Of a DNA stretch of 64,000 bases, positions 50,690-63,699 are shown one piece after another. The translations under genes were made by a program, and so were the position numbers. The notes beneath the pieces were generated by a model. It worked only from the letters and a program-made list of their open reading frames with translations. It searched no databases and had not been told where the DNA came from. The stretch comes from Vicugna vicugna (Eukaryota), in NCBI GenBank assembly GCA_013265495.1, contig MU062907.1, positions 1,368,861 through 1,432,860 of the forward strand, given 5' to 3'. How positions within the stretch are numbered: position 1 is the stretch's first letter; each line of letters starts with the position of its first letter.

Positions 50690-51260
50690 TGAGTCATTCA
50701 TTCCCCACATTTTTACTGAGTACCTATTACGTGCCAGGATTATTGCTGGGGATTAAATAGTGGGTGAAATAGGCCTGGTCTCAGCCCCACTGAGCTGACA
50801 TTCTGACTGGAGAGACAGACCTTAAACAAATAAGTGTGCCGGGGTGTACTGAGGACCCGTGAAAGAGCTCCAGAGAGAAACCACTGTGAGACATGAGGGC
50901 CTACGACAGGGACCCCAATGGCAGAGGGTTCGAGAGGGGCCCTGAAGCACAGGTGGGCATTCACCAGGGCTGAGGAGGATTTGAGGCGAAGGGAACAGCA
51001 GAGAGAAAGGTCCTGGGGAACAGGAAGCGGGCTGTTCCAGGAACCAGAAGACCCTCAGGACAGCGGGACTGGACGCAGAGCTGGGGCGGGGAAGGGGAAG
51101 AGGCTGGGGAGGCTGGGGAGGCTGGCAGGGGCCGGCTCGCGCAGGGCCTGGGAGGCGGCAGGAGAGGGTTTGGATCTTATTCCTGGAGTGAATAGGAAGC
51201 TCCCAGCTGCCATTCAGTGGACAGCAGAGCTTTGATTGCGGAGGCCCCTGCCTGGCAGTG
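50690..51260 (-). mobile_element. L2 3'-end fragment
   Basis: tcattcattcc...actgagtacctattacgtgccagg; ttattcctggagtgaataggaagctccc. Confidence 0.8.
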
Positions 51261-51655
51261 ATAAGGTGGTCCTTCTGATTAGAAAATGAAAACAAAAAAG
51301 TCCACGCCACCACTCCCAGCCTCGCTTTCCACTTGATTTCTCTCCACCCAGGAACGCTTCCCAGGGAACAGCTAGAAACAGAGGAACGCCCGGCTTCTCC
51401 CTGCTCTCGGCTCTCAGGCTTCGGCGCAGGAATCCCGTCGCTCAGAGTCCCACCTTTGCCCGCAGGACGTCTGGTGCCGTGAAGGACTGTCCTCCTCTTG
51501 TTTTAGGGACACACAGACTGGGAAGGAGGGGGCAGGTGTCAGCACTGCAGCTCCCACGGGGAGTGCTGGATGCCAGAAACGCTTCACCCAGCGGCCTCAG
51601 GTGCCTCCCACCTGCATCTTTGGTGAGTCCTTGTTGTGAACGAGATGCTGTGGGA

Positions 51656-51807
51656 NNNNNNNNNNNNNNNNNNNNNNNNNNNNNNNNNNNNNNNNNNNNN
51701 NNNNNNNNNNNNNNNNNNNNNNNNNNNNNNNNNNNNNNNNNNNNNNNNNNNNNNNNNNNNNNNNNNNNNNNNNNNNNNNNNNNNNNNNNNNNNNNNNNNN
51801 NNNNNNN
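51656..51807. other. Assembly gap (152 N)
   Basis: N run. Confidence 0.98.
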
Positions 51808-51889
51808 GTGATCCCTCCCACTTGAGTATTGCTTGACGGTCCACAAAGTGATTTCCTGGACTTAAGCTACTCTGTAAAGTACAGACTGT

Positions 51890-52010
51890 CTTCACTTCGG
51901 AGATGAGAAAACTGAGGTTCAGAGAGGTGAAGTGACTTGCCCAAGATCACGCAGCCAATAATTGGAAAAGCTGGCCCTAGCTCTCAGACCCGATCTCTGC
52001 CCCTCTGAAC
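51890..52010 (-). mobile_element. MIR SINE
   Basis: agatgagaaaactgaggttcagagaggtgaagtgacttgcccaagatcac. Confidence 0.9.
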
Positions 52011-53689
52011 CTCTCCACAGGGGCAGTAGGAGAAAGGTGAAATGACAGGACAGGAGAACCAGGAAGGAAGGCTTCAGGGGACAGGAGGATGACAGAAGGG
52101 AGAGGAAGAGGCAGCAACGAGGTGGGGTGAGATCTGTTTGGCATGGGTGGGGTGTGTGCAGAGTGGGCAGTAAGCCATCAGGCTGAGAGTGCACTGGAGC
52201 CAGACTAGAGAGGTTTGATTTCTTTGGAGAGCCCCAAAGTCCTTGGAGCAGGTTGACTCATGTCAATATTAAGAATCTTGTTTGGTGCCGGAATGCAGGA
52301 TGAGTTGGGGGGAGCTGGGGCAGGGACTTGGAGGCAGGGCCAGCAGTTCTGAAGCCGCTGTGGTCTAGGAGGAAAACACTCAGGTGTGACTGTGGGGGAG
52401 GCAGAGAGGCTAGGGCAGGAGTCGAGGCTGGAGCACTGCTGGCAGAGGCCCCAGCGGGACTTGTTGAGAGATGAGCTGTGTGTGCATGTACTTGTGCATG
52501 TGTGTGTGCACAGGTGGTGCTGGTGTAAATCCCAAAGGATTCCAAGGCCAGGGTCACATACTAAGATTATCATGGCCTTTGGTGCCTGGTTGGGGTGCAG
52601 GCTGTGGGGTGTGAATCACTTTGGCCGGGCTCGGGCTGAGGTGCTGGGCAGACACTCAACTGGGGAAGCCAAGTGGAGAATTGGAAAGTTGAGTCTGGAA
52701 CCCAGAAGGGAGGAGCTCCGGGGTTAACTAGCTTCTGGCATGAGTTAATCACCAATTAACTGATTATCCTATAAGCAAAATACCGCCTCGGTGAATTCCT
52801 ACACTTCCCAGTCAAACTCTGCCACCCTGGTTTTTGAATTCCGGCCTGTCATTCCTGAGGTCAACCCCACCCTTGACTATCAGTAATGACAACATTCACT
52901 CATCCTTCATTCTCTACACCTCTGCCCCCTACTCTTGGCCAACTCTGGGTGGAAACATACAGAGAAACTCACCTGTCAGTTCCCATCTGACTTGTCCCCC
53001 GAGCTGCCCCAAGGTTCCCTTGCAACCCCAAGGGAACTACATGGCCCAGTCCTTCGTGCTGCCACCAACATTTCTGCTCATGTGTTTGGTCCATCGTGGG
53101 GCTTCCGCTGGGATGTCCGCCCTTCTCCTGGCTTATCTCAGCTTTCCCAGGTGGGCAGCCAAAACTCCTTGTAGGCTGGAAACCACAAGGCGGAGCGAAC
53201 CCTGCCCATGTTCCAAGGCCCATACCTAGTTTCACCTCCTCCAGGAGCTCTCCCAGGATTACGCTTCAGCCAGCACCCCCGCCCTCCCGCTCCAGCCCCA
53301 CAAGGTCAGCAAGGTGCCGACTCTGTGTTACATGGATCATTTGGATTGCATATGGCATTTGCCCAGCAAGCTCCGACCTGGGCCTCTGTGGCCTGCTTTC
53401 TGCTGTTCCCTGCTCATTTTGTGCTTGTGGGCTGTGCTGGTTTGACTAGCCCAGTAGGCCTGGGGGAGAGACAGCTCCACTCTCAAACCTCAGTGGCTTC
53501 GCACGGTGCAAGTTTACTTCTCGCCAGTGCTAATGCTGATGCTCTGTGTCCCCTGCGGGTTGGTGGGAGGCTCTCCTTTCTCCCTTGAGGACATGGGCTG
53601 ATGGCGACCTGATATCTTAGAGCTTCACTACCTGGGATGGTGTTATCCATAAAAACTTACTCTCAGGATGGGAATGCCCTGCACGTGTG

Positions 53690-53835
53690 TGCAATGCTAT
53701 CTCTGGCTGCCACATGTGGCCATTAAGAACTTGAAATGTGGCGAATGTGACTAAGAAACAGAATTTAAAATTTCATTTAATTTTAATTAATGTGAATGGC
53801 CCCCACGTGGCTACAACGTTCGGCAGTGCAGATCT
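53690..53835. mobile_element. MER3/MER33-like hAT fossil
   Basis: gtggccattaagaacttgaaatgtggcgaatgtgactaagaaacagaatttaaaatttcatttaattttaattaat. Confidence 0.85.
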
Positions 53836-55759
53836 GTACCATGCGGTCTCCGCCTTCATCTCCCAGGTGTCAGGGGAAGAGAGGGTGCGGAGCATCGTGC
53901 CTGCCCTTCAGTGCTCAGCCGAGAAGTCATCTTGGTCAGAGCTGGACACCCGGCCCCACCTAACTGCAAGGCATCTAGAAAACGTGGGGAAGCCTATGAC
54001 TATTCAGAGCAAGAAATAGCCTTGCCACTATACTCTTCTAAGCGAAGTCAAAACTTCCTGAGGCTAAGATGCATGGAAATGGAGGTGGAGGGTAGACTGA
54101 GATGGTCTGGATGGAGAGGAAGGGCGGGGATGGACTGAGATTGAGCAGATGGATTGTAGCTTGGAGATGCAGAGACAGGCCCGGAGAGGGCAAGAAGTGC
54201 AGTCACCACCGCACAGCCAGGCTAGCGTCCTGAAGTCCTGGCTCAGAGAAGAGGGCAAGGGGAAGGCAGGATGCTCTACCTGCCCTTGGGGAACAATAGC
54301 CCTGGCTGAGTGTCTAGCCTCTCATTCTGCGTCCCTGGGAATGAAAGTGCTAAGAGCTGCCAAAGGCCTGTTCCCGAAGCTTGGATGGAAAGGGCCCCAC
54401 AGGGCTTTCAGTTTTCAAATGGCTCTGGCTCTGTCTCCCCCTGAGGTGAGTCACCGAGCTGCTTGCTGAAGGATGAACTGATGAACAGCAGGGCGAGAGC
54501 CCAGCATGAGGTCATCTGGACCACACTTCCCGCCTGACCTCGGCCCTGGGGCCAAGTTCAGGGAGTTTCCCAAGGCCGGTGAGGAAGGGGTCATGCCCCG
54601 ACTACTGCCAAGCTCCAGCCACTGGTGGAGGTGGGTGGGGTGGGTGCTGTTGGGGTCAAGACCCAAGAGCTTGGAATGGATCTCAGAAGTGACTCAGCCG
54701 GAGTAGGACACTGTGGCCCAGGCAGAGGACCTAGACTCTCAGGGAGTTAGCAGTGGAACCGTGACTGGTGCCCAGGGGTCCTACGCAAGGCCCTTTGCAC
54801 CCCCACAGGGAGAAGCCCCCCAGGCAGTGATGCCCAAAGTTTGTCTTCTCAGTCTCCTGGTTGGTGCCTGCTCTAGCTGTTTTCATTTTTCCTGGAGACC
54901 CACATCACTAAGGCTCTGTCCACTGCTGATTTCAACCCTCGCTGCTGTTGGAACCAATTTCTTTTCCTCTCATTGCCCCCAGGACAGCGAAGCTCCAGAT
55001 GGCAGAGAAAGACCCATATGAGCACAGTAAATGGAGCCAGAGAAGGTAGCCTCTGCTTCCCACAACCAGGCTGACACACATCTGTGTTTTCCAAAAGACT
55101 GCAGTTGGAGAAAGCCTTCGCTTTACACGTTACTCTTCATTTTTGAGAAGGTTTGACTGTACGATTCCATTAAGACAAGGAGTTTCTGGTGTATTTCATA
55201 TGGAACTTGATTCATAAACCGTCTAATTTCATCAGCAACATGTTATTAACAATGACCGTCTGTAAGTCACCAAAGTTTTTTAAAATATAGCATCCCATCA
55301 AAGTTAGGCCTGCCTGGGGGTTCCCCAAGCTTCAGGGAACCCCAGATCAATTTGGACTATGCTGGCCTCCAGTCTGCCCAGATCGGGAGAATTTAATCCC
55401 CATTTCATAAAGGGAAAACGGATTACGCTGGAGTAAAGAATTAGAGCCGAGACCCAGGAAACCATCAGGCCTCTACTGTGCAGGGGAGGCAGTGCTCAGA
55501 GTCTGGTCCACACAGAGCTTTTCCTCTCCTGAGTCCTCTCACCTACTTCCGCTTGTCCTGCAGGCTTGGGGCTCCCGAACTGAGTAATTGGCTCCCACTG
55601 TGCCGAGGCCAGTGTGCGCTCCCTAAGCAAGCTCTCTCCCCTTCTTTCTAAATGCTGTTCAGAAAGCCCAAACCAGAGCCCAGTCTGACCTGCCCTCTGC
55701 TGATATCTGCAGTGGATGGGTATTTTCCAGAGATTTCCAAACATCTCTGATCTGGGCTA

Positions 55760-56250
55760 CGGTGTGACTAAGCCACGCCCCCATGGGGGTGGAGTCTGAT
55801 CTCCTTCCCTCAGTTCTTGTTTCTCCCCCTTCCCTCGATTGCTTGAACAACAGAGCACAGTGGAAGAGGTACTTCTGAGTCTGGGTCAGAGAAGGTGACA
55901 GCTTCTGCCTGTTTCCCGTAACTCGTGGGCTCGTGGAAGAGGTCCAGACACCTCGAGGCCGCCGAGCGAAGAGGAAGCCAAGCCACATGGAGAGGTCACA
56001 TGTAGGTGCTCTGGCCATCCGACATGGCCCAGGTGCCAGACGTGTGACTGAGGAGCCTTCAGATGATTCCAGTCCCCAGCTAGAGAGCCACTCCCAGCCT
56101 TGGACCGCTGAAACCTGGACAGCGTGGAGCAGAGACGAGCCCTCCTACCATGCCTTTCCAATTCCCAGCCCACAAATTCTATGCGCATAACAAATTGTTG
56201 TTTGAAGCTGCGAAGCTGTGGGGTCTTTTGCTGCGTGACCACACTAACTG
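55760..56250 (+). mobile_element. MaLR LTR (MLT1G/H-like)
   Basis: ggaagccaagccacatggagaggtcacatgtaggtgctctgg...gagccttcagatgattccagtccccagc...gtggagcagagacgagcc. Confidence 0.85.
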
Positions 56251-56662
56251 AACTATACCTCACCCTGGGGTCTCGGGACACCTGGCATTCTCTTCCTAGC
56301 GCTCAGTGCAGTGGTAATTAATGAACCCACTCCCAGGCGAGTCCTTCTCAACTGTCTTTCCCATTCCACTCCGAGTTCCAGGAAGACAAGGATGCTGTCA
56401 GGCCCATCACTGTACTCCTCGGGAGCCAGCCAGGGAGACGCGCAGTGAATATTTAATGGATGACTGATCTTAACACTGTCCTCAGATCGACCCCTAAACT
56501 TGACCTCAGAATGACTCTGGCCCTGGATTCAGACTGACTTTAACCCTGGCCACCGACCAGCCCGATTCTGGCATCAAAGACCTAACTCTGGCCCCAGCCG
56601 GAGCACAGCTTCTCGCTCTGGTGCCTGAGCGCTAAGCCCAGCTTCAGACAGACCCCTAAACT

Positions 56663-56686
56663 TGACCTCAGGATGACCCCTGACCC
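56663..56686 (-). promoter_or_regulatory. Composite nuclear-receptor element (DR1 plus DR5)
   Basis: Minus strand GGGTCA-g-GGGTCA-tcctg-AGGTCA; motif match only. Confidence 0.35.
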
Positions 56687-56719
56687 CAACCCCAGGCAGA
56701 GTTCCTGGCCTCGCCATGG

Positions 56720-57170
56720 CCCGGGTGGACTGGCCCCGGCCTGCCTCTCCTGGCTCACCTCTCGCTCCCGGCGCCAGCCACCCCATCCACGCTCCTGCTC
56801 CTTCGCACTCACTACAAGGAGCAACGTTCCTCCAGGTGTCAGCACCCTGGGGAGCATGCACCCCTGCCAGGAACACTCTTTCTCTGCTAACTCTCCTCTT
56901 TCTTTCAACTTGCTTAAATGTCACTTCCTTAAGGATCAGCTGATTTAAATGAGACCCCTTTATCCATGCCATTAGCATTTTCACACTTAACTATAACCAT
57001 ATACATGTTGGCTCTTGTCTGATATCTTTCTGTCTGGAGGCTGGACTCCCCGGGTGAGTACAGGGGCCACATTTGCTTTACTCATCACTCTATACACCGT
57101 ATCCACAGCACAGGGCCGGGCACCTACAAGGGGGCTCCTGAATGACTGTGGACCAGCTGAATGAACCAGT
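56720..57170 (+). mobile_element. L2 3'-end fragment
   Basis: cttaaatgtcacttcc...cagcacagggccgggcacctacaagggggctcctgaatgac...tgaatgaa. Confidence 0.7.
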
Positions 57171-58899
57171 GCCTGGGTACCACATCTTCCAGGATGTGGT
57201 CTCTGTGGCCCTCTCTGGCCACAGTGGGGCCCCTGGTCTTCCCTGTTCTCGGTGAACAACTGAGTGGGGGTTATTTTCGTGCCTCCGTGCCGCTCGCACT
57301 GGTGTATGGCCTCCTCCAGCCCTGAGCCTGGCCTCTCGCCTCTGCAGCTTCAGCACGCACAGGCCCGGGCAGCTCAATAAACGAAGGTTGAACTGTTGAA
57401 CTGAACCAGTTCCTTCTCTCCAGCCTCCTCTCTGGCCTCCGCTCTCGACTGATTCATGTGAGGGGCCACCAGGAGCAGCGCTTCAAACAGAGAGGAAACA
57501 AACGAAGAGGCTGGGAAATCGGCGGTAGGAGACAGGCGGAGACATCCATCTCCTCCTGCCCTCCGTCCTCACTGCCATCCCCCTGAGGCTCTCAGGCAGT
57601 CAAAAGTTCAGGCTCCACGTTTTCTGGAAGAGGGAGGGAAATCTGTGTGTGGGGGATAAAAAAAGTCCCCAAACTCAAATCACGCACACAGAACAACAAG
57701 CCATAAAACAGAACACCATTGGGAGAGGATGGGGTCACATGGTGGGAATCTGGATTGCAAGGGGGGGTGGGGGCGGCACTTGAGAAAACGCAGCCTGCTC
57801 AATGGGAACCAGATGGGCTGCGTGTTCTTAAATAGAATCCCAGACTTGCAGCGCTGGCGGGAGCCGGCCGGGGGGCTCTCCCCTTGGCCCCTTCGTGGGC
57901 AGAGGGTGACACGGAGGCAGAGCGAGAGAGTGGCGGGCCCTAAGGCTATGACAGAAAGGCACCTAGACCCAGGCTCCTGGCTCGGGGTCAGGGCTGCACT
58001 CACCCTGCCACGCTGTCTCCCAGCCTTTTGCCAGGATCTCCAAATTAGAAGCATGAGAAGCAGTACTGTCATTTCCCCGTTTTCTGTTCTTTCTTCTAAT
58101 TCTTTCTCTTCACAGTATAATTTTAGAGGTGCCAGGAAGTCCTCCTTGTTCCAATATCCCGGTGCCCACCCCCACCCCATCAACAGAGAACGTGACAAGT
58201 CTGTGATGGACACAGTGCTGGGAGCTCCACAGCTCTCTGCTCATGAAATCATCCCAGCGCCTGCGAGCCCAGGGAGGTGCTGGGCTCTCGGTTCAGTGTC
58301 CTGCAGGGTGGGAGGGAGGATGGGGTCAGATATCGCCATTTTGCCTTTTATTGATCACTTAAGATCGAGTATCTTAACCAGAGATCTTTATAGCATCGAA
58401 AGCATAAAATAAAACCACCCTTGCAGAAACCACTGGGTGGACAGAAAAGTGGCTGTGCCTTCCCTTTTCTCCCTGGTCTCTCCTCCAAGGACAAAGGCAT
58501 CACTGGTCTCTTTCCCGGGTCCCCTGAGAGACAGATTCCAGCAGTACCTTCTGCTGGCTGCTGCACGTGGCCCTGTAGACCGTGCACTGAACAGCTCCAG
58601 GGGCACCATTCAGCGGTGTGAATGATGGCCCTGGGCTCCCTGCTAAGCTGTCCTGATGCCCACCCAGGCAGGAGCGGGGACCTCAGGCCTCCTCTGGGCA
58701 TGGTGAGAAATCCCTGCTTGTCTGGGAACTCAGAGGGCTCCGGGTCTCCCACTAGTGTCTTCCACTTACTTTTGAGATCTGTCCCCTCTAGGTTGCCCTG
58801 GGGCTGGAAATCCTTCCTCTCTCATCCGTCCAGCGGTGAGAGGGTCTCTAACAACCAGTCAGTCATCCAGCCAGTAGTGGCCAGCACCTTGCAGTATGT

Positions 58900-59400
58900 A
58901 CCTGAATTGTAGGTGAACGAGGTACAGAGTCACAGGGCGGGCATCCTGATGGAGGACGAGCCAGAGCAGGGAGGCCAGGAGGGGGAAGGACTGGTGTGCA
59001 CAGCGGCTGATGTGGCCGTGGCGCAGGGAGGGATCAGTAGGGCGGCAGGCGAGTCATGAGCTGTGAGTTTGGAGCAGGGGCCGACCTGGGGAGGGTCTGG
59101 AAGGCCATGGCCAGGAGTCTGGATGTTATTCAAAGAATGGTGGGGACACCTTAGAAAGGCTTTAAGCAGGGAAGTGGCACGACTGACATTTTTGCAATAT
59201 CGCTCTGGCTGGAGTGGATTAGAGGGAACAGACGTGGAGCAGAGCATTAAGAGGAGACTTTTTCAGGGGTCCAGGTGAGGGAAGAAGGTGGCCTGGACAA
59301 GGCATTGTCAGTTAGAGTGAGAGAAGTGGATGGATTTGAGTGTACACTGGAGAAAGGCTTGCCCGGTCTTCCTGCAGGGTTGGATGTGGGGGTGAGGGGC
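58900..59400 (-). mobile_element. L2 LINE fragment
   Basis: ggggacaccttagaaaggctttaagcagggaagtggcacgactgacatt...ggggtccaggtgagggaagaaggtggcctggac. Confidence 0.8.
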
Positions 59401-60084
59401 GGGGAGTGCCCTCAGTTTGGATAAGCAGGGTAGCTGGTGGGGCTGTTCGCTGGAGCGGGAAGGTCGCCCTTCTTCCCGAACTCCCGCCCCTGACTGCCTC
59501 AACCCGTGACTCCAGCAAGGGAGTAACATGTGCTGTGGCCTCTCGCTGCTCCCTTCCTTGCAAAACAGATGGCGGGAGAAGGAAAGAGGCCAAGCCTCCG
59601 CGGCTGTGACTGCACTTTCCACTTTTAGCTCAGCAGTTGGGAGCCCGTGGCCTTGCCATTCCTTGCCTCCCACTCCTGGTTCTCCTAGCTCTGCTCTAAA
59701 TCAAGTTAGCCTCAGAATTATTTGCTGAGCACCTGCTGTGGCTCAGCCACATGAAGGCATTGTGGGCTACACAGGAGAAGGAGCCCATGGGCCCAGCCGT
59801 TATGGTAGGGGAAGAGCCAGAGGCACAGGCAGTGAAGGGCCCGGGCAGCCAGGGAGGCCTTCCTGGAGGAGGCAGGTGTTTGGCTTGGCATGAAGGATGG
59901 GTATGAGCTCGGTGGTAGAGAGACCAGGAGGGGAATCCCCATGAAATTACTTTCACAGGAGAGCAAAAGAGTCCTGGAAAGCTGTAGACCCTCATTTGAG
60001 GTCAGACAGTAGGAATTAGACGCAGAGTCAGAAGTTTGGTTGAGCCCCTGAGGCAGGAAAAGGCAGGGCCAGCTCCATGGCTGT

Positions 60085-60136
60085 AACACACACGCACACC
60101 CGCACCCACTCACATGCACACGCACGCGCACACGCA
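60085..60136. repeat. Degenerate (CA/CG)n purine-pyrimidine tract
   Basis: cacacgcacacccgcacccactcacatgcacacgcacgcgcacacgcac. Confidence 0.8.
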
Positions 60137-60359
60137 CTTCCAGGAGGCCGTCCCAATCTCTAACCCCAGCTGCACGTCTCCCTCTTCCTTGATGAGGTGG
60201 GGAGAAGGAAGCAGGCTGGGAAGTCATTTGCCCACTCCCCTGCCTTACCATCTCAGACTGCCCCCAGAGAGCCAGCTAAGAGGTCTTTGAAGATGGCCAT
60301 GTGCTGACCTTCTGTTCTAAACCTGCCCCGCAAAGCAGGTCAACGTGTCCATGCCTCTA

Positions 60360-60540
60360 GAAAGCTCCAGCGGGTCTCCAGGTGTGGACCCCAGATCAGC
60401 AGCATTAGAAATGAATGTTCTCAGGCCCCATCCTAGACCCACTGAATCGGGAACTCTGAGGGTGGGGCCTCAGAATTTGTGTTTCCACAAGTCCCGCAAG
60501 GGGAATCACGGTGTATGTTCAAGTTTAAGAACCTCAGCTG
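60360..60540. mobile_element. MER5A/B hAT fossil
   Basis: attagaaatgaatgttctcaggccccatcctagacccactgaatcgggaactctgagggtggggcc...tcaagtttaagaacc. Confidence 0.9.
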
Positions 60541-61519
60541 TCTTGGGACAAAACTTCCCCAGAAAGGGGAGATGTCTCTCTTCTGCTGTTGCCCCTGAGA
60601 GGAAGCTCCCACGCGGCCCCTCCAGGCTCTAACCCTGCTCCTCCCAAGAAGTCGTTTCCGCCCATATGGACTCTCTAGCTCTTCAAGTTTATTGCCCGCT
60701 CCCACTCCACCCGGGGCTGTGGGAGTGAAGGCCAGGTGGCCGCATCTGCCGCCTTCTCACCCTCCCAACCCACCCCCACCCCAGCCTGTCCTGCCACATC
60801 CACGCAGTGTCCGCAGGGAAGCCCACGTTATCCACGGAGAACGTTCCAGGCAGCAGGAGAAATGGCTTGGCTTGTGAAAAGGGGAGGGGGCACCAATGCC
60901 CCATCCCAGCTCAATTTACCTGGCTCCCACTTCTTCCCCCAAACTCCCTGCCTTGCCACGGGCATGGTGCTTGGCTCCTGTAGGTTAGAGCTGAAAGACT
61001 GGTGTTCTTTGCAGACAAAATCCATTGCCTACTGGCTGCCTCCTGGGATGGGACAGCTTCATTGCCCCTGGGGAGCTGATACAAGACAATGTAACATCCA
61101 ACCGGGGGCCCCTGTTTTCTTTAAAACTACAAGCAGGAACCACACACCAAACACATACTCCTTCACCAAGCTCTTGGCCGAGCCCTGTGGGAGGCACTGA
61201 GTGGGGTGGGGGTGGCTTCCTGTCAGTTAGGCCCCTCCTGTCCTGCGAGCATTTGGCCAAATATCAAATCTTTTCATGTCAATTTTTTCATTGCTTTTGA
61301 TCATTTTTTAAAATTTAAGTCTCCAGTGAGGAAATATGGATTCTCCTTTCTTGAAATTCTGTTTGCTTAAACTGTAGACACTGGATGGGGGTAGAGGGGT
61401 TTGGTGCTATACCAGGCAGGGTCAGCGAGGAGGGGGCACCAGCCGAGCAGGCAGAGAAGGCTGTGTGTGTGAGAGCATGCGTGTGTCCAACTGGTCTCTG
61501 TTGGCAGAACAGAGAACCA

Positions 61520-61680
61520 GGGGTTCTAGACCAAGCTCCACCACCCGTAGCCTGAGTGGCTCTGAGAGTGTCAGCTTCCTTGGGCCTCGGTTTACTCAAC
61601 TGACAAATGGGAGCAATACTATCTCTGTCTCTCTCTCAGGACCATCCTGGTATCCAAATGAGCTAGTTGTCTAAAATAGC
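61520..61680 (+). mobile_element. MIR SINE fragment
   Basis: cttccttgggcctcggtttactcaactgacaaatgggagcaatact. Confidence 0.65.
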
Positions 61681-63699
61681 CTTGAAAATATTGATGGTTA
61701 CATAAAGCAAGACAATGTGTTCACAACAAGGTCATTGCCTCTTCCTTGCAGGCGAAGACCGCGGCTCTCCCATGTCTCGTATTCCCCAGGGCACCTGGTA
61801 CCACCCATGGCAGGTGGTCAATCAGCACTTGTTGAACAGATGAAATAGAAGGCACGGTCCCTGTCTCCACGGAATTGGAGATCTAGCGGGCAGACGGTGG
61901 CAGGGGTGAGAAACACACAATGGAAGAAACTTAAGAAGAGTAGAGAGGCCCTTGTGAGCTCAGACACCTCTAATTTGGAATTTGTGATGCTTTTGCAAGG
62001 CAGAGAGGAATTGGACCCTGCTGATTGGAACATGTGCTGAGCAAACTCCTAGTGGGAGCGAGGCAATAATAACTGAACCTCCCGGCCTCTGAGCGCGGCT
62101 TGTGTTCCAGATGGCAGAGGGGGTGCCGTGCCCTTTGGCAACCCCCGGTTGCAAGGGAGCAGTTAGCATGCCAATCACAAGTGAACTCTGACCTCACCTC
62201 TGAAGCGGCCAACACCTTTCCTTGACCAGGCTTTGTTAATGGCCGTTCTGGGTGACCTCATGTATTCGAGGAACATAAAATTTTATTTTGTTAAGACTAG
62301 ACCGTTACTGGCCTCCCTCCACCTCCTCCCAGGCATCTCAGATCCATTCACAGTTTTCAAATAGATCTGGTGACAAGGAGCCTGCAACCAGCTCTATCTT
62401 ATCTTCCCTGGAGGAGGGGACGTGGGAGAGAGCTCTTGTCTGTTGGGGATCTGAGCCAGCCACTGGCCCTTTCTGGGCCACAGTTGCCCCAGTAAAATGA
62501 GGAGTTGGACCAAATGAACCTCAAGGTAGGTGCCTGCCACACCGGACTCACCTGGTTCCCGACTGAGGAATGCCCAGCCCTGGAGCAGTGCAAGAACCTG
62601 GCAGCCCCTCTGCTGGCTGAAGCCTCCTCCTGCCGGGTGCTCTGGCCGGGAGGAGACGTGGGCTCCTCAGGCTGGAGGCAGAGGTGGCCCAGGTTGTTTT
62701 GTCCATCCTTCCTGGCCCCAGTGCTTGGGCCAGGCTCCCAGTGAGACTGACCTCAGGCAGAAGGAGTGTCCAGTTAAGCCCTGCCAACTGGGCTGCAAGG
62801 GAGCAGAGGCAAACATGTGAACATGGGTGTGGCCACTGGAAGGTGAGAGGGGGTGGAAGGCAGCATGGAGCTCCAGTAAAGGGACAGGGTGTGAAGGCTT
62901 TTAGCTCCGGGGAGAGGGGCTCAGTCTCCACTGGTAAGAGGGAGTCACTGCAGGCTGCAAGCAAGTGGACAGGGGTGGGGGCTGTGATCTAGGTCCTGTG
63001 CACTGGTCTGCAGCCACTCCAGTGGGTCAGGCTGGAGGCTGCAGTCTCTGGGTGGGGACCTGGGGGACTGGCTGCAGAGATTCAGTCCTAAGGGCTACAG
63101 GGCACACAGTGGACGACCAAGGCTAGAAATCCTTCTAAAGGTCAGAATTGCTAACCAAGGAACAGCGAGAGGGGCCCTGGAGAAACCCCTATGCCCAGGA
63201 ATATCTCAGATAACTGAGATGCCCGAGTTCCCACAAGGCGTCCACAGTTTGTTTCCTCATTGGACCCTCACACAACCCGCAACACCGGTGTCATTCTCAT
63301 CTCGTGAAGGAGGAGACCCAAACCAGAAAAACTAACAACTTAACTGGACATCACTCACTGGGAAGGGTCTGAGGCAGATTTTGGATCCCTGATCCCAGAG
63401 GGCTGGCTCTACCCATCACCCACGCCCCCACCCCTACCATGCCTGGAACGGCCCCCTCCTCCAGGCCCAGAGCTGGCATGGGGAGGGGGCTCCCAGGGAG
63501 GGCGTGGGCACACACTGGGCAGAGGGCCTGGTCCCACACCCCAGCCCTGGCCGGCAGCTGGGCGTTATCGCTGGTGAGAGTGGGGCTGGTCCTGGCAGAC
63601 ACCATCCTGGAGTTTCTGGGCCTGAGTGGCAGAGGACGGCCAGGTGACATCCTGCAGTGAACACACCCTGTGCATCCTGCCCTTCGTGTCCCTTCTTCA

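Noticed and set aside
51083-51118. G-quadruplex-capable G-tracts (also 10538-10561)
   Set aside because: Common in GC-rich DNA; this one lies in an L2 fossil with nothing else supporting function.
52969-53235. Minus ORF ending at a strong donor (CAG|GTGAGT) as the upstream exon for the 47546 segment
   Set aside because: The only open frame ends in phase 2, which gives an immediate TGA when joined to 47546.
57729-58412. 227-aa ORF on +, overlapped by a 177-aa ORF on -
   Set aside because: No recognisable homology, overlapping opposite-strand ORFs and no convincing exon structure.
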